Part shown: positions 1 through 9,247 of the stretch, one piece after another
Position numbering within the stretch: the stretch's first letter is position 1
Layout: each line of letters begins with the position of its first letter
Assembly (NCBI GenBank): GCA_026391835.1
Contig: JAPLDF010000068.1
Location: forward strand, 313,661 to 377,660
Direction: 5' to 3'
DNA length: 64,000 nt
From: Bacteroidota bacterium
GTDB lineage: Bacteria; Bacteroidota; Bacteroidia; Bacteroidales; FEN-979
Notes under the pieces: generated by a model
The model's database searches: none
What the model was told of the DNA's origin: nothing
The model's input: the letters and a program-made list of their open reading frames with translations, nothing else
Position numbers and translations under genes: made by a program

Positions 1-1079
1 ATCGGCCGCCACCTATAGGGGCAATGAAACGGTCCGGCACCAAGGTCATAGCGCATGTCGAGCGGGGTATCCTCGTAATGGTCGCGCATGGCAGCCATGA
101 CATCCCTGAGCGCTACCAGTGAATCGGGCTTCACCCACAACGGAAGCCTGTTTGAAACATAGCCATTGGGATTCGGGTTTCCATCAATGGTTCCGGGCAG
201 GTGTGAAAACTGACCCAGGGCGTACCGGGTATATTCCGGATTGTCGCGTACCGATTTATTTATCTTCCTGAAAAACGACCAGATGCGGGCATCGCAAAAG
301 CGTGCTCCCCCGAAATTCAGGGGGTTGTAAACATCCGAAAAGCTGAAATCCGTATCTTTACCCTTGTAAAACCCATGCGACTTTGAAAAGCTGATAACAT
401 CCCCCGAATGATACACGGTTTGTTTCAGGTCATTCCAGTTGTTGGATTTCTGAAACGGGAAGGTGGTGATCCGTGCCTGGTTTGCATGACCGCTCACAAA
501 CCCGTCAGGAATCAGGCGGGCAACCCACACGGCTCCTTTTTCATACTTTCCCTTGCCGATGATCTCCATGATCCATGCCTCATTTGCATCGGAGATGGAA
601 AAAGACTCTCCTGCCGAAGCATACCCGTATTGGCCAACCAGTTCGGAGATGACACGGATCATCTCCCGGGCTGTTTTTGACCGCTGCAGGCCGATTTTCA
701 TCAGTGAGCCATAATCCAGGAATGATCCCGGCTGGCGAGCCAGTGAATCCAGGCCGCCAAAGGTTGTTTCGCCAACAGCCACCTGGTGTTCATTCATAAA
801 TTGCACCACCGAATAGGTATGCGGCACCTCGGGGATGATCCCCAGGAACATTCCGTTCTCGTAATGATACACCTCACACCTGTCGCCGGGTTTGTGGTCG
901 GCGGCCGGGTAAAAGGCGATCGCCCCGTAGCGCGTGTGCGAATCGGCAGCATAGGTGATCATCACCGAGCCGTCTTTGCTGGCTCCCCTGGTGACGATGA
1001 GGTTGGTACAGGCATGGGCCTGGTAGATTGAGGATATCAATACCAGTATGAGGATCAGAAGCGGTTTGGTTTTGCTCAT
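1..1079 (-). CDS. C69 family dipeptidase, 5' portion (gene continues beyond window start)
   Basis: My translation of the minus strand from ATG 1079..1077 stays open to base 1: MSKTKPLLILILVLISSIYQAHA|CTNLIVTRGASKDGSVMITYAADSH... The signal peptide followed by a Cys nucleophile context is typical of peptidase C69. It is absent from the ORF track because it is truncated. The + ORFs 408..680 and 786..1031 are its shadows. Confidence 0.8.
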   Translation of the reverse strand, partial: MSKTKPLLILILVLISSIYQAHACTNLIVTRGASKDGSVMITYAADSHTRYGAIAFYPAADHKPGDRCEVYHYENGMFLGIIPEVPHTYSVVQFMNEHQVAVGETTFGGLDSLARQPGSFLDYGSLMKIGLQRSKTAREMIRVISELVGQYGYASAGESFSISDANEAWIMEIIGKGKYEKGAVWVARLIPDGFVSGHANQARITTFPFQKSNNWNDLKQTVYHSGDVISFSKSHGFYKGKDTDFSFSDVYNPLNFGGARFCDARIWSFFRKINKSVRDNPEYTRYALGQFSHLPGTIDGNPNPNGYVSNRLPLWVKPDSLVALRDVMAAMRDHYEDTPLDMRYDLGAGPFHCPYRWRP

Positions 1080-1142
1080 TCTTGTTTTTTTTTACAAATT
1101 TACAAGAATTGACCCAGTAAATGGCCGCCCGGAATCATCCTG

Positions 1143-4100
1143 CTAATTTTTCACCACTTTTACCCGGTAGATCACACCTTTGTCATCTTTCAGTTGTACC
1201 AGGTAAACGCCCGGACTGGCGTTTCCAAGATTGACTGGCCAGGTGTCGTGAGGGTTTTCAATTGTTCCGGCACTGACAATGCCACCCGACGAAGAGATCA
1301 CCTGGTACCGGAAAGATTTCCCGGATGGCAGGGCAATTTCAACAATATCACTGGTTGGCACCGGGAAGGCGGTGATGTTGCTGCTGAATGCCTCCGGCCT
1401 TATCCCTGCTGGCCAGTCAACGCAACCAACCAGGCTGAATTCGGCGGCCGAAGCCCATGGGTTGCCATTCACTTCAGAAAGTGCTACAAGGCGCATGTAC
1501 CTCCCCGACACCGCAGTATCAAAGACAATTGTCTGCGGGGCTGCCGTATTGACAAACAAACCGGTTTTCACCGGCACACCCCAGCTGGCGGTATCTTCGC
1601 TGATGTAGAGTTCAAAGTTCCTGATCCGGCCGTTTTCACCATCCTGCCGTGGCAGGTAGGTGAATTTGCTGATGCGGTACCGGCCTCCCAGCCCGATCCT
1701 GATCTCGTGCGGATAAGGATCGTTACCTGTACTCCAGCGCGTGTGCCAGATGGTGGAGGGATCGTCATCGAAACTCATGGTTGCAAGCCCGGGGTAATTG
1801 AGTTCTTCGCTATCAACGTAAAGCAGCGACCAACCGCTTTTGGGCAGCTCAGCCGGGTTGCCGCAGTCATAAATTGAGGGACAGGCAGTTGCAGAAACCA
1901 TGCCCAACATGGTTTTTGAAAAACCCTGTCCGTATTTTGTAACTGTCATGCTGACATCATAGGTGCCGGGGTTTCCCAGTACCACCCTGGGATTCCGGAT
2001 GCCGGCATCGTCAATCCAGGCTGGTTGCGGTGTAATGGTCCATTGCCATGTTGCGCCGGAGTGATCAATGATGGAGTGATCATCGAAAAACAGGGTGTCG
2101 AGCATGCAGTCGTAAAGGGCTTTTTCGATCCATGGGTTGATGACCGGGCTGAATGTTGTATCCGCCAGGGGCGATTCCCATACACCGGCATTACCCCCTA
2201 CCCTCAATTTGCCATCCCTGAAAAAAGGCAACGCCATGTTCACCGTCATCCCCGCCGGGTATCTGTCGCTGAACAAAGCCCAGTCGGTCATCCCGGTTGT
2301 CCGGTAAAAAACCTTTGCGGTCTTGCCGTTGGTGGCATTGGTAAACAGGTATATCAAATCATTTCCGGCCAGGTCCGGTTGAACCACCATGCATTTCATA
2401 TATTCCGACAAACTCCCGGTCAGGTCCTCCCAGGTATCTCCTCCATCAGCCGACCTGAACACTTTGCCAAGATCGGCCGACCAGGTTCCATTCTGCAGGC
2501 ATGCATAAACCAGGTTGTCATCGTGCGGAGAGATGGCAATGAAGAGTTTCCCCTTCCAGTTGGCTGTTCCATATGGCGGACTGGTGAGGGAGGGTTTTAA
2601 AACCCAGTTCATCCCGCCGTCGGTGCTTTTGCATAACCCTCCTCCCACGATGTCGGCATATATCACATCGGGATTGCTGAAACTGATCTGCAGGTACCGC
2701 ACCTTTGCCGGGAAGTTATAGAGCAGGTCCCAGGTCACTCCCATGTCGGTACTTCTCCAGAATCCGGTGCCCTCTCCCAGGAAGAGCGTTCCGTAATAGT
2801 TCGGATGATGTACCAGGTTGCTGCGTCGCCCGCCATACTCATCCATGTTGGGGTATTTGCTGAATATGAAACGCCCTTCGGGCTTGCCTTCGGCTGTTTG
2901 AGGAAGGATCCACCCGTTGCCCAGGTCATCGAACGCCACGTGACGGCTTTTACCCTGGAGTACCCACCCGGTTGGTGATTCAGCACCACCCATGCGCAGG
3001 GCCTTGGGCTGGTAAAACCCTGCAATGGCCATATTCCCGTTATGGTACCTGCCTCCAACCATGATATCTTCGTTCCATCCCTGGTCGAACCCCCACAGGT
3101 CGGAACCGATGAGCCCGTTTACCCGAACGAAGTAATTGGCTGCCGCCCCGAAATTGTCTGTTGTAAAGTTCATGCCGCCGTCGGTTGAAACCCAGGTATC
3201 ACCGTTGGGCAGCATTTTAATGTCCTGGATGTCGGGATGAATGTTGAAACTGCCCGAATACCCGCCAACAGCATTAAACGTGGCACCGCCATTGGCGGAT
3301 TTGTAAAGCGTGGTGGTACCCGCAAAGATGATGTTCTCGTTCACGGGAGATACCCCGAGTACCAGGTCGAAGTAACCCTGCCCGTTGTCCATTGGAAATG
3401 AAGTCGTTGCTCCTGTTGCCTGCAGGGCCCAGTTCCACGTGGCCCCTGCCAGGGTGCCTTTCAGGAGGTAGGGGGTATTGTTGGCGCTTAAAAGGAGGGC
3501 AAACAGGATATTGGGGTTGGCAGGGGTCATTGCAAGCAGGCCACCGCTTGACTCGACAATTGTGTTGGGAAAAGTCGCCATTGCCTGGAACGTCTGGCCA
3601 CCGTCGGTGGAATGAATGACGGAGAATTTTCCGTTTAACGATGTCAGTGCAAAGGCCTGGGAGTTGTCGTTTGGCCGGATCACAATGTCGTATGCCGGTG
3701 CAGACCATTTCTTACTCCAGGCGGAACCTCCGTCAGTACTGACATAGACGCCCGTTGAGGAGGCCGCCAGGATTTTTTGCGGATTTGCAGGATCAATTTT
3801 CAACCGGTCGGCATAAAACAGGCTTCCGGCGGCCAGCAAGGGTACCCAGGTGGTCCCGCCATCAAGGGTGCGGTGCACCTGGTTTCCGGCGGCAACATAC
3901 ACGATGTCGGAATTTGAAGGATGAACGGCAACAGCCGTAACACCTCCGCCAAAAGGATAATCCTGGCCACTGAGCTGCCAGGTGAGCCCCTTGTTCACGG
4001 TCTTGTTCACGAATCCGGTTTCTGTGCCGCAATAGATCACGTTGTTGTCGGAATTTGCCACGTCAAAAGAATAAACATTAGCCTGCCATGGACACGACGG

Positions 4101-4571
4101 CGGTGCTGACAACGATCCGGTTTCGTTCAGCCAGAAAGTTTCCTTCGGCCCCACGAAGGCCCAGTCAGCGCCGGTGGCCGGCATCTTTGCCCTGTTTTTG
4201 CTAACGGCCAGCTGCAGGGCTCTCAGGTTCTCATAGTAACTACCCGGATCCCGCATTTCGATGGTTCCATCCGGGAGTGCAAAAGGCCGGACAGCCTGCT
4301 GCCATATTTTAAAGTAACGGATTACCGCACTCTCCTCTCCTGGGTGTGCCTGCATGTAGGCCTCATATGCCTTGCTGATATCGTTGAAGTTGACAGGATC
4401 CTGGTACAGCATCCTTGCCCAACCCGGAAGATCACCACACCAGGCGGGTTTATAACTCCTGATAACCCCGGGGAATTCATCATAGGGGGTGTATTGTACC
4501 TGGGCGGTTGTTTGCAATCCTGGCAGGCAGACAAGAATCAACAACCACGTTTTCAGAATGTTTCCTTTCAT
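1143..4571 (-). CDS. secreted Asp-box (BNR) beta-propeller protein with discoidin (F5/8 type C)-like domain and T9SS C-terminal sorting domain
   Basis: 1142-aa ORF with a signal peptide. It has at least 8 Asp-box motifs (TLDGGTTW, STDGGSAW, STDGGQTF, SANGGATF, STDGGMNF, STDMGVTW, STDGGMNW, SADGGDTW). The segment FDDDPSTIWHTRW...RYMRLVALSEVNG is discoidin-like. The tail ...GVYLVQLKDDKGVIYRVKVVKN resembles a T9SS CTD. Confidence 0.75.
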   Translation of the reverse strand: MKGNILKTWLLILVCLPGLQTTAQVQYTPYDEFPGVIRSYKPAWCGDLPGWARMLYQDPVNFNDISKAYEAYMQAHPGEESAVIRYFKIWQQAVRPFALPDGTIEMRDPGSYYENLRALQLAVSKNRAKMPATGADWAFVGPKETFWLNETGSLSAPPSCPWQANVYSFDVANSDNNVIYCGTETGFVNKTVNKGLTWQLSGQDYPFGGGVTAVAVHPSNSDIVYVAAGNQVHRTLDGGTTWVPLLAAGSLFYADRLKIDPANPQKILAASSTGVYVSTDGGSAWSKKWSAPAYDIVIRPNDNSQAFALTSLNGKFSVIHSTDGGQTFQAMATFPNTIVESSGGLLAMTPANPNILFALLLSANNTPYLLKGTLAGATWNWALQATGATTSFPMDNGQGYFDLVLGVSPVNENIIFAGTTTLYKSANGGATFNAVGGYSGSFNIHPDIQDIKMLPNGDTWVSTDGGMNFTTDNFGAAANYFVRVNGLIGSDLWGFDQGWNEDIMVGGRYHNGNMAIAGFYQPKALRMGGAESPTGWVLQGKSRHVAFDDLGNGWILPQTAEGKPEGRFIFSKYPNMDEYGGRRSNLVHHPNYYGTLFLGEGTGFWRSTDMGVTWDLLYNFPAKVRYLQISFSNPDVIYADIVGGGLCKSTDGGMNWVLKPSLTSPPYGTANWKGKLFIAISPHDDNLVYACLQNGTWSADLGKVFRSADGGDTWEDLTGSLSEYMKCMVVQPDLAGNDLIYLFTNATNGKTAKVFYRTTGMTDWALFSDRYPAGMTVNMALPFFRDGKLRVGGNAGVWESPLADTTFSPVINPWIEKALYDCMLDTLFFDDHSIIDHSGATWQWTITPQPAWIDDAGIRNPRVVLGNPGTYDVSMTVTKYGQGFSKTMLGMVSATACPSIYDCGNPAELPKSGWSLLYVDSEELNYPGLATMSFDDDPSTIWHTRWSTGNDPYPHEIRIGLGGRYRISKFTYLPRQDGENGRIRNFELYISEDTASWGVPVKTGLFVNTAAPQTIVFDTAVSGRYMRLVALSEVNGNPWASAAEFSLVGCVDWPAGIRPEAFSSNITAFPVPTSDIVEIALPSGKSFRYQVISSSGGIVSAGTIENPHDTWPVNLGNASPGVYLVQLKDDKGVIYRVKVVKN

Positions 4572-4600
4572 AGGTAGTTATTTAACAGCATTTTGAAACA

Positions 4601-5854
4601 TCAAACAGGCTTTCTTCGAACCGGCATCGTCATGCACCTTGCTCCGCCGCCACCACGGGCCAGTTCACTCCCTTCGATGGTAATGACACATTTTTCAATT
4701 GTCTGGATGTCGGTATGGCATTTGATGATCGACTTTGCTTTGATGATCTCGAAGCCATGCTTTGACAGTTCGTCCAGTGTATAGGTATTCCGGGCATAAC
4801 CGATCACTTTCCCGGGGGCGATGGCGAAAAAGTTGGCCCCGGAATGCCATTGTTCGCGCTGTTGCGTCCATGGATCTGCAGTTCCGCCACAGATCACCGG
4901 CTCAAGTCCGAACCCCAGTTTATTCAGAGCGGTCAGCAGGTTCTCTTCGTTGAAGATTGAAACAACCTTCCCCTGTTCCACGATGATATGAACGGTTTGC
5001 AATTTATTGGGTTTCAGGATGACGGGTTCGTATACCATGCATTTGTCGCGGTCGAGCAGGGTGAAAACCATGTCGAGGTGAATAAATGATTCCGGTTTGA
5101 ACGGAAGCTCCTGGACCAGGATATGCTTTGACAGTTTTTCCTGTTTGTACCATGCAAGCAGGAAATCAATCCCCTGCGAGGTGGTGCGCGTACCGGTGCC
5201 CACAAGCAGCACATCCTCGCGGGCAACGATGACATCGCCGCCTTCGATGGTAATATTTGTCCCCTGCGGCCAGTGGGCAGGGTTGATGGTTTCGGTACCG
5301 AACTTCGGATGGTGCCGGAAAATGCTCTCCATGATGATCGACTCCCGCTCGCGAACGACACTGGCCATTTTTGAAATAATCACCTTGTTGTTGAGGCAAA
5401 CTGCCGAATCGCGCATAAAAAAGAAATTGTGCAGCGGCATCAGTTCATACCGGCCCTTGCTGAGGAACTTGGTAAGATTGTCCTTCTCCATCAGCACTCC
5501 TTCGATCAGCACGGTCGAGAGCATACCGGCCGGCAGGTCGAGTAAATAGTCACGGATATCTTCGGTGCTTTCATTCCGGCAGATGTTACCGACAAGTTCC
5601 TCCCTGGCTTCTGGCAATTCTACAACCTGCTGCAGCAGGTCCCTGACTTCACAAGTTTCAGCCACTTTTGAAAGGACACCTTGCAACTGGCTGTATTCCG
5701 ACAGGCCGATGTTCAGGTTCAATATATCGCTGTATAGCGCCCTTTCGGCATTCTCAGGTGTCATATTTTCAACTTCGGCTCCCGGGGAATGAATGATCAC
5801 GGATTCAAGTTCACCGATCTCGGAGCGGATATCGACAGATAATTTTTGTGACAT
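4601..5854 (-). CDS. arcA: arginine deiminase
   Basis: 417 aa. The N-terminus SEIGELESVIIHSPG and the C-terminal GGGGARCMTMPVRR (catalytic Cys context) match my memory of ArcA. Confidence 0.8.
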   Translation of the reverse strand: MSQKLSVDIRSEIGELESVIIHSPGAEVENMTPENAERALYSDILNLNIGLSEYSQLQGVLSKVAETCEVRDLLQQVVELPEAREELVGNICRNESTEDIRDYLLDLPAGMLSTVLIEGVLMEKDNLTKFLSKGRYELMPLHNFFFMRDSAVCLNNKVIISKMASVVRERESIIMESIFRHHPKFGTETINPAHWPQGTNITIEGGDVIVAREDVLLVGTGTRTTSQGIDFLLAWYKQEKLSKHILVQELPFKPESFIHLDMVFTLLDRDKCMVYEPVILKPNKLQTVHIIVEQGKVVSIFNEENLLTALNKLGFGLEPVICGGTADPWTQQREQWHSGANFFAIAPGKVIGYARNTYTLDELSKHGFEIIKAKSIIKCHTDIQTIEKCVITIEGSELARGGGGARCMTMPVRRKPV

Positions 5855-5868
5855 AGGGCGTGTTTTTG

Positions 5869-5876
5869 CAAAATTA
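5869..5876 (-). promoter_or_regulatory. Bacteroidota-type -7 box (TAatTTTG) upstream of arcA
   Basis: The reverse complement of caaaatta is TAATTTTG, which matches the TAnnTTTG consensus. It lies 14 nt upstream of the arcA ATG. Confidence 0.4.
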
Positions 5877-6024
5877 ACATTTAAGAAGATGTTTTGCTAT
5901 TTTTGGTTCATTACATATGGCAGGTGGTTCCTTATTATTATCACCACAATAGGCAGAATAGATCACAACAGGACACAATAGAAATAAAAAATATACGCTG
6001 TTATACATATTTTGATGAAAGAGA

Positions 6025-7794
6025 ATGGAAGAACAGAAGAATAAAATTACCCTGCCGGGTTTACGCAAGCTATTCAAGCTATACAGTTATATCAAACCCT
6101 ATAAATATGAATACGCGCTTGGCTTGCTGTTCCTGCTCGGATCGAGCGGGGCAAGCCTGGTATTCCCCAAATTGCTCGGGCAACTGGTCGACCTTGGCAA
6201 CCAGGGAAAGCTGGCACAGGAGATCAACCGCATTGCCCTGATCCTGGTGGCGGTTTTGATTGCCCAATCGGTTTTTTCCTATTTCAGGATCTACCTGTTC
6301 GTGCATGTTGCAGAAAAAACGCTTGCCGATCTCAGGCAGAGCACCTTCAACCACCTGGTCCGCCTGCCGATGAAATTTTTCCAGCATCGCAGGGTGGGAG
6401 AGCTGAACAGCAGGATCTCGAGTGACATCACGCTTTTACAGGATGCGCTGACCAGCACCCTGGCCGAATTCCTGCGCCAGCTGATCATCATCATCGGCGG
6501 GGTGAGCCTGCTTATGTTCACCTCTTTCAAACTAACGCTTTTCATGCTTGCGGTCGTTCCGGTAATCATGATCCTGGTTGTATTTTTCGGCCGGTACATC
6601 CGGAAATTAAGCAAACAGGCCCAAAGCCAGGTGGCCGACTCCAATACCATTGTCGAAGAGACTTTGCAGGGAATACAAAGCGTGAAAGCTTTTACGAACG
6701 AGTTTTTCGAAATGGCCCGTTACCGCAAAAAAACGATCGACATTGCGCATACCGGCATTAAAAACGGCAAACTGCGCGGGGCATTTTCATCGTTCACCAT
6801 CCTTGGGCTCTTCGGCGCCATGACGGCCGTAATCTGGAAAGGTGCCGCACTGCTGGCGGCCGGTGAACTGGCCACCGGCGAATTGTTCTCTTTCGTAATT
6901 TATTCCATGTTCATTGGCGGCACAATCGGCGGCATGGCCGATGTATTCGCCCGTGTTCAGAAATTCATAGGAGCAACCGAAGACCTGCTTGAGATCTTCA
7001 ATGAACCGGAGGAACCTGTTGAAGATATCACTCGGATTTTACCGGATCAGATCCTGCATGGCGGCATCCGGTTCGACCAGGTCTCTTTTCATTACCCGTC
7101 ACGCCCCGAGATGCAGGTGCTTACCGATGTGAGTGTCGAAATACGGCCGGATACGCTGGTGGCCCTGGTAGGTCCGAGCGGCGCAGGCAAGTCGACCTTT
7201 GTCTCACTGTTGCTGAGGCTTTACGACCCTGTAAATGGCCGGATCCTTTTCGATGAGAAAAACAGCCGGGATATCCCGTTGTCGGCCCTGCGAAGCCAGA
7301 TGGCAATTGTTCCGCAGGATATTTTCCTGTTTGGCGGAACGATCCGTGAAAATATTTCCTACGGCAAACCCGGGGCTTCCGAAGATATGGTTGCGGATGC
7401 CGCACGCAAAGCAAATGCATGGGATTTCATCAGCAATTTCCCCGACGGAATGGATACCCTGGTGGGCGAGCGCGGCACGCAGCTGTCGGGAGGGCAACGC
7501 CAGCGCATTGCCATTGCACGCGCGGTGCTGAAAGACCCCAGGATCCTGATACTCGATGAAGCCACCTCCTCGCTCGACTCGGAATCGGAGCGGCTGGTAC
7601 AGGATGCACTCGAAAAGCTCATGAAAGGCCGTACCTCCATCGTCATCGCCCACCGCCTGTCGACCATCCGCCAGGCCGATCACATCCTTGTGCTCGACAA
7701 TGGCCGTATCGTCGAACAGGGTACACATGACCAGCTACTGCAGGTAACCGACGGATTGTACCGAAATCTCAGCGAGCTGCAATTTGCAGGTTAG
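6025..7794 (+). CDS. ABC transporter permease/ATP-binding fusion (MsbA/ABCB-type exporter)
   Basis: 589 aa. The N-terminal half has six hydrophobic segments. The C-terminal half carries Walker A GPSGAGKST, the signature LSGGQRQRIAIARA and Walker B ILILDEATSSLD. Confidence 0.9.
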   Translation: MEEQKNKITLPGLRKLFKLYSYIKPYKYEYALGLLFLLGSSGASLVFPKLLGQLVDLGNQGKLAQEINRIALILVAVLIAQSVFSYFRIYLFVHVAEKTLADLRQSTFNHLVRLPMKFFQHRRVGELNSRISSDITLLQDALTSTLAEFLRQLIIIIGGVSLLMFTSFKLTLFMLAVVPVIMILVVFFGRYIRKLSKQAQSQVADSNTIVEETLQGIQSVKAFTNEFFEMARYRKKTIDIAHTGIKNGKLRGAFSSFTILGLFGAMTAVIWKGAALLAAGELATGELFSFVIYSMFIGGTIGGMADVFARVQKFIGATEDLLEIFNEPEEPVEDITRILPDQILHGGIRFDQVSFHYPSRPEMQVLTDVSVEIRPDTLVALVGPSGAGKSTFVSLLLRLYDPVNGRILFDEKNSRDIPLSALRSQMAIVPQDIFLFGGTIRENISYGKPGASEDMVADAARKANAWDFISNFPDGMDTLVGERGTQLSGGQRQRIAIARAVLKDPRILILDEATSSLDSESERLVQDALEKLMKGRTSIVIAHRLSTIRQADHILVLDNGRIVEQGTHDQLLQVTDGLYRNLSELQFAG

Positions 7795-7883
7795 TTCTTT
7801 TCCTGTTTTTGATGCTTTTTTTCTGTAACCATTGGGGATGATCTACGTCCTATTGCGTATCAATATCCACAAACAAAAAACGT

Positions 7884-9086
7884 ATGAAAACACCTGGGAA
7901 AAAAGGTTCAATGCCTTTCATTTTAGTTCTGGTACTTTGGGGAACCTGCACTTTTGCGCAATACGCAACAGTTGAGGAAACAAAAGATTTTATCAACGAC
8001 CGGCTTTCACATTCCATTCTCCAGAAAATCGATCCGGATGGAACGGTTACCATGAGCGCACCCGACCAGAAAATAAAATTCAAACTCAGGGAGGTCTCCT
8101 TTAATTATAATGGCGGGAACAACGATGACCGGGTAAGGGTTTTCGGGGACAATTGCATCGAACATTATGAACACAAGAGCCTGACCGAAAAAACAAGCCG
8201 GCAGTCGTTTGTATGTGAATCGGAGAAAGAGGCCAATGAAGTGATCGCGGCGTTTAAACATCTGAAGAAATTATTTACCTCGGATCAGAAGAGCCTGTTG
8301 CCAGGGGATAAAAAACTGAAAGTCAGCGATTCGACGTTTGGCACAAAAACGGTCGGCGAAGCCATCGATTTCATCAACGAAAACCTCTCCTATTCCATGA
8401 TCTCGGGAATTGACGACAAAGGCGTGATGACGATCAATGCACCGGATGATGTATACCTGGTAAACCTGAACCAGGCCGACTTTGGATACAATGATGCGAG
8501 CGATGGCTCCAAGGTGAGAATATATGGTAATTTCTGCATCGGGGTCAGGAGCGGCAACAGCCACCAGGAATTCATCTGCCGGAAGTCATTTCAAACTCCC
8601 GGCCGGGTGAACGCGTTTAAGATAATCCCCGTTTTGTACTATCTGAAAGGCACATACACGGATACGGATCCCTCAAAAATCACCGGTCTCAGAAATGTCA
8701 AAGGCACAAGGACGGGAAGTTATAAGAATGTACCCGAAGCCATCGATTTTATCAACGACCGCCTCTCCTATTCCATCATTCTTGGCATCGACCAGGGCGG
8801 CAATATGATGATCAACGCCCCTGAGGAGGTCTACCGGTTCAACATACATGATGTGAAGTTCAACAACGCACTCAATCATACGACCAGGTCGGACTGGTTT
8901 CCTTTTGTCATCTCCGATGGACCATCCACCGGGGTACTGGTTGAATGCAACGATTGCATTAAAAAATATGACGCCCCGGATTCATTCGATAAAATTGACG
9001 AGCAGGTTTTCCAGTGCAGGAACATGACCGGGGTGAAAGAGATACTTAAAGCGCTAACCTATATCAAAGGCGTGATAAAAAAATAA
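7884..9086 (+). CDS. secreted hypothetical protein made of three ~130-aa internal repeats
   Basis: 400 aa with a signal peptide ending ...CTFAQ. Three repeats start with E(T/A)(K/I)DFIN(D/E)(R/N)LS(H/Y)S... followed by ...INAP(D/E)... and a conserved Cys pair. Confidence 0.65.
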   Translation: MKTPGKKGSMPFILVLVLWGTCTFAQYATVEETKDFINDRLSHSILQKIDPDGTVTMSAPDQKIKFKLREVSFNYNGGNNDDRVRVFGDNCIEHYEHKSLTEKTSRQSFVCESEKEANEVIAAFKHLKKLFTSDQKSLLPGDKKLKVSDSTFGTKTVGEAIDFINENLSYSMISGIDDKGVMTINAPDDVYLVNLNQADFGYNDASDGSKVRIYGNFCIGVRSGNSHQEFICRKSFQTPGRVNAFKIIPVLYYLKGTYTDTDPSKITGLRNVKGTRTGSYKNVPEAIDFINDRLSYSIILGIDQGGNMMINAPEEVYRFNIHDVKFNNALNHTTRSDWFPFVISDGPSTGVLVECNDCIKKYDAPDSFDKIDEQVFQCRNMTGVKEILKALTYIKGVIKK

Positions 9087-9247
9087 CAATGCCGGAGTTT
9101 GTCACCAGTTGCTTCAGCATGCGCTGCAGTTTATACAACCAGCCAGTTCCCCATTTCATCGAATAGTTTTCGGTTTTGTCGATTTGATTAAAATTCCACG
9201 CGGATGGCTCGTTAATTTTATCCTGCAATTCTGCCAGTCAAACCGAC

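Noticed and set aside
408-1031. + strand ORFs 408..680 and 786..1031
   Set aside because: They are antisense to a well-supported C69 dipeptidase reading frame that is open across 1..1079 on the minus strand.
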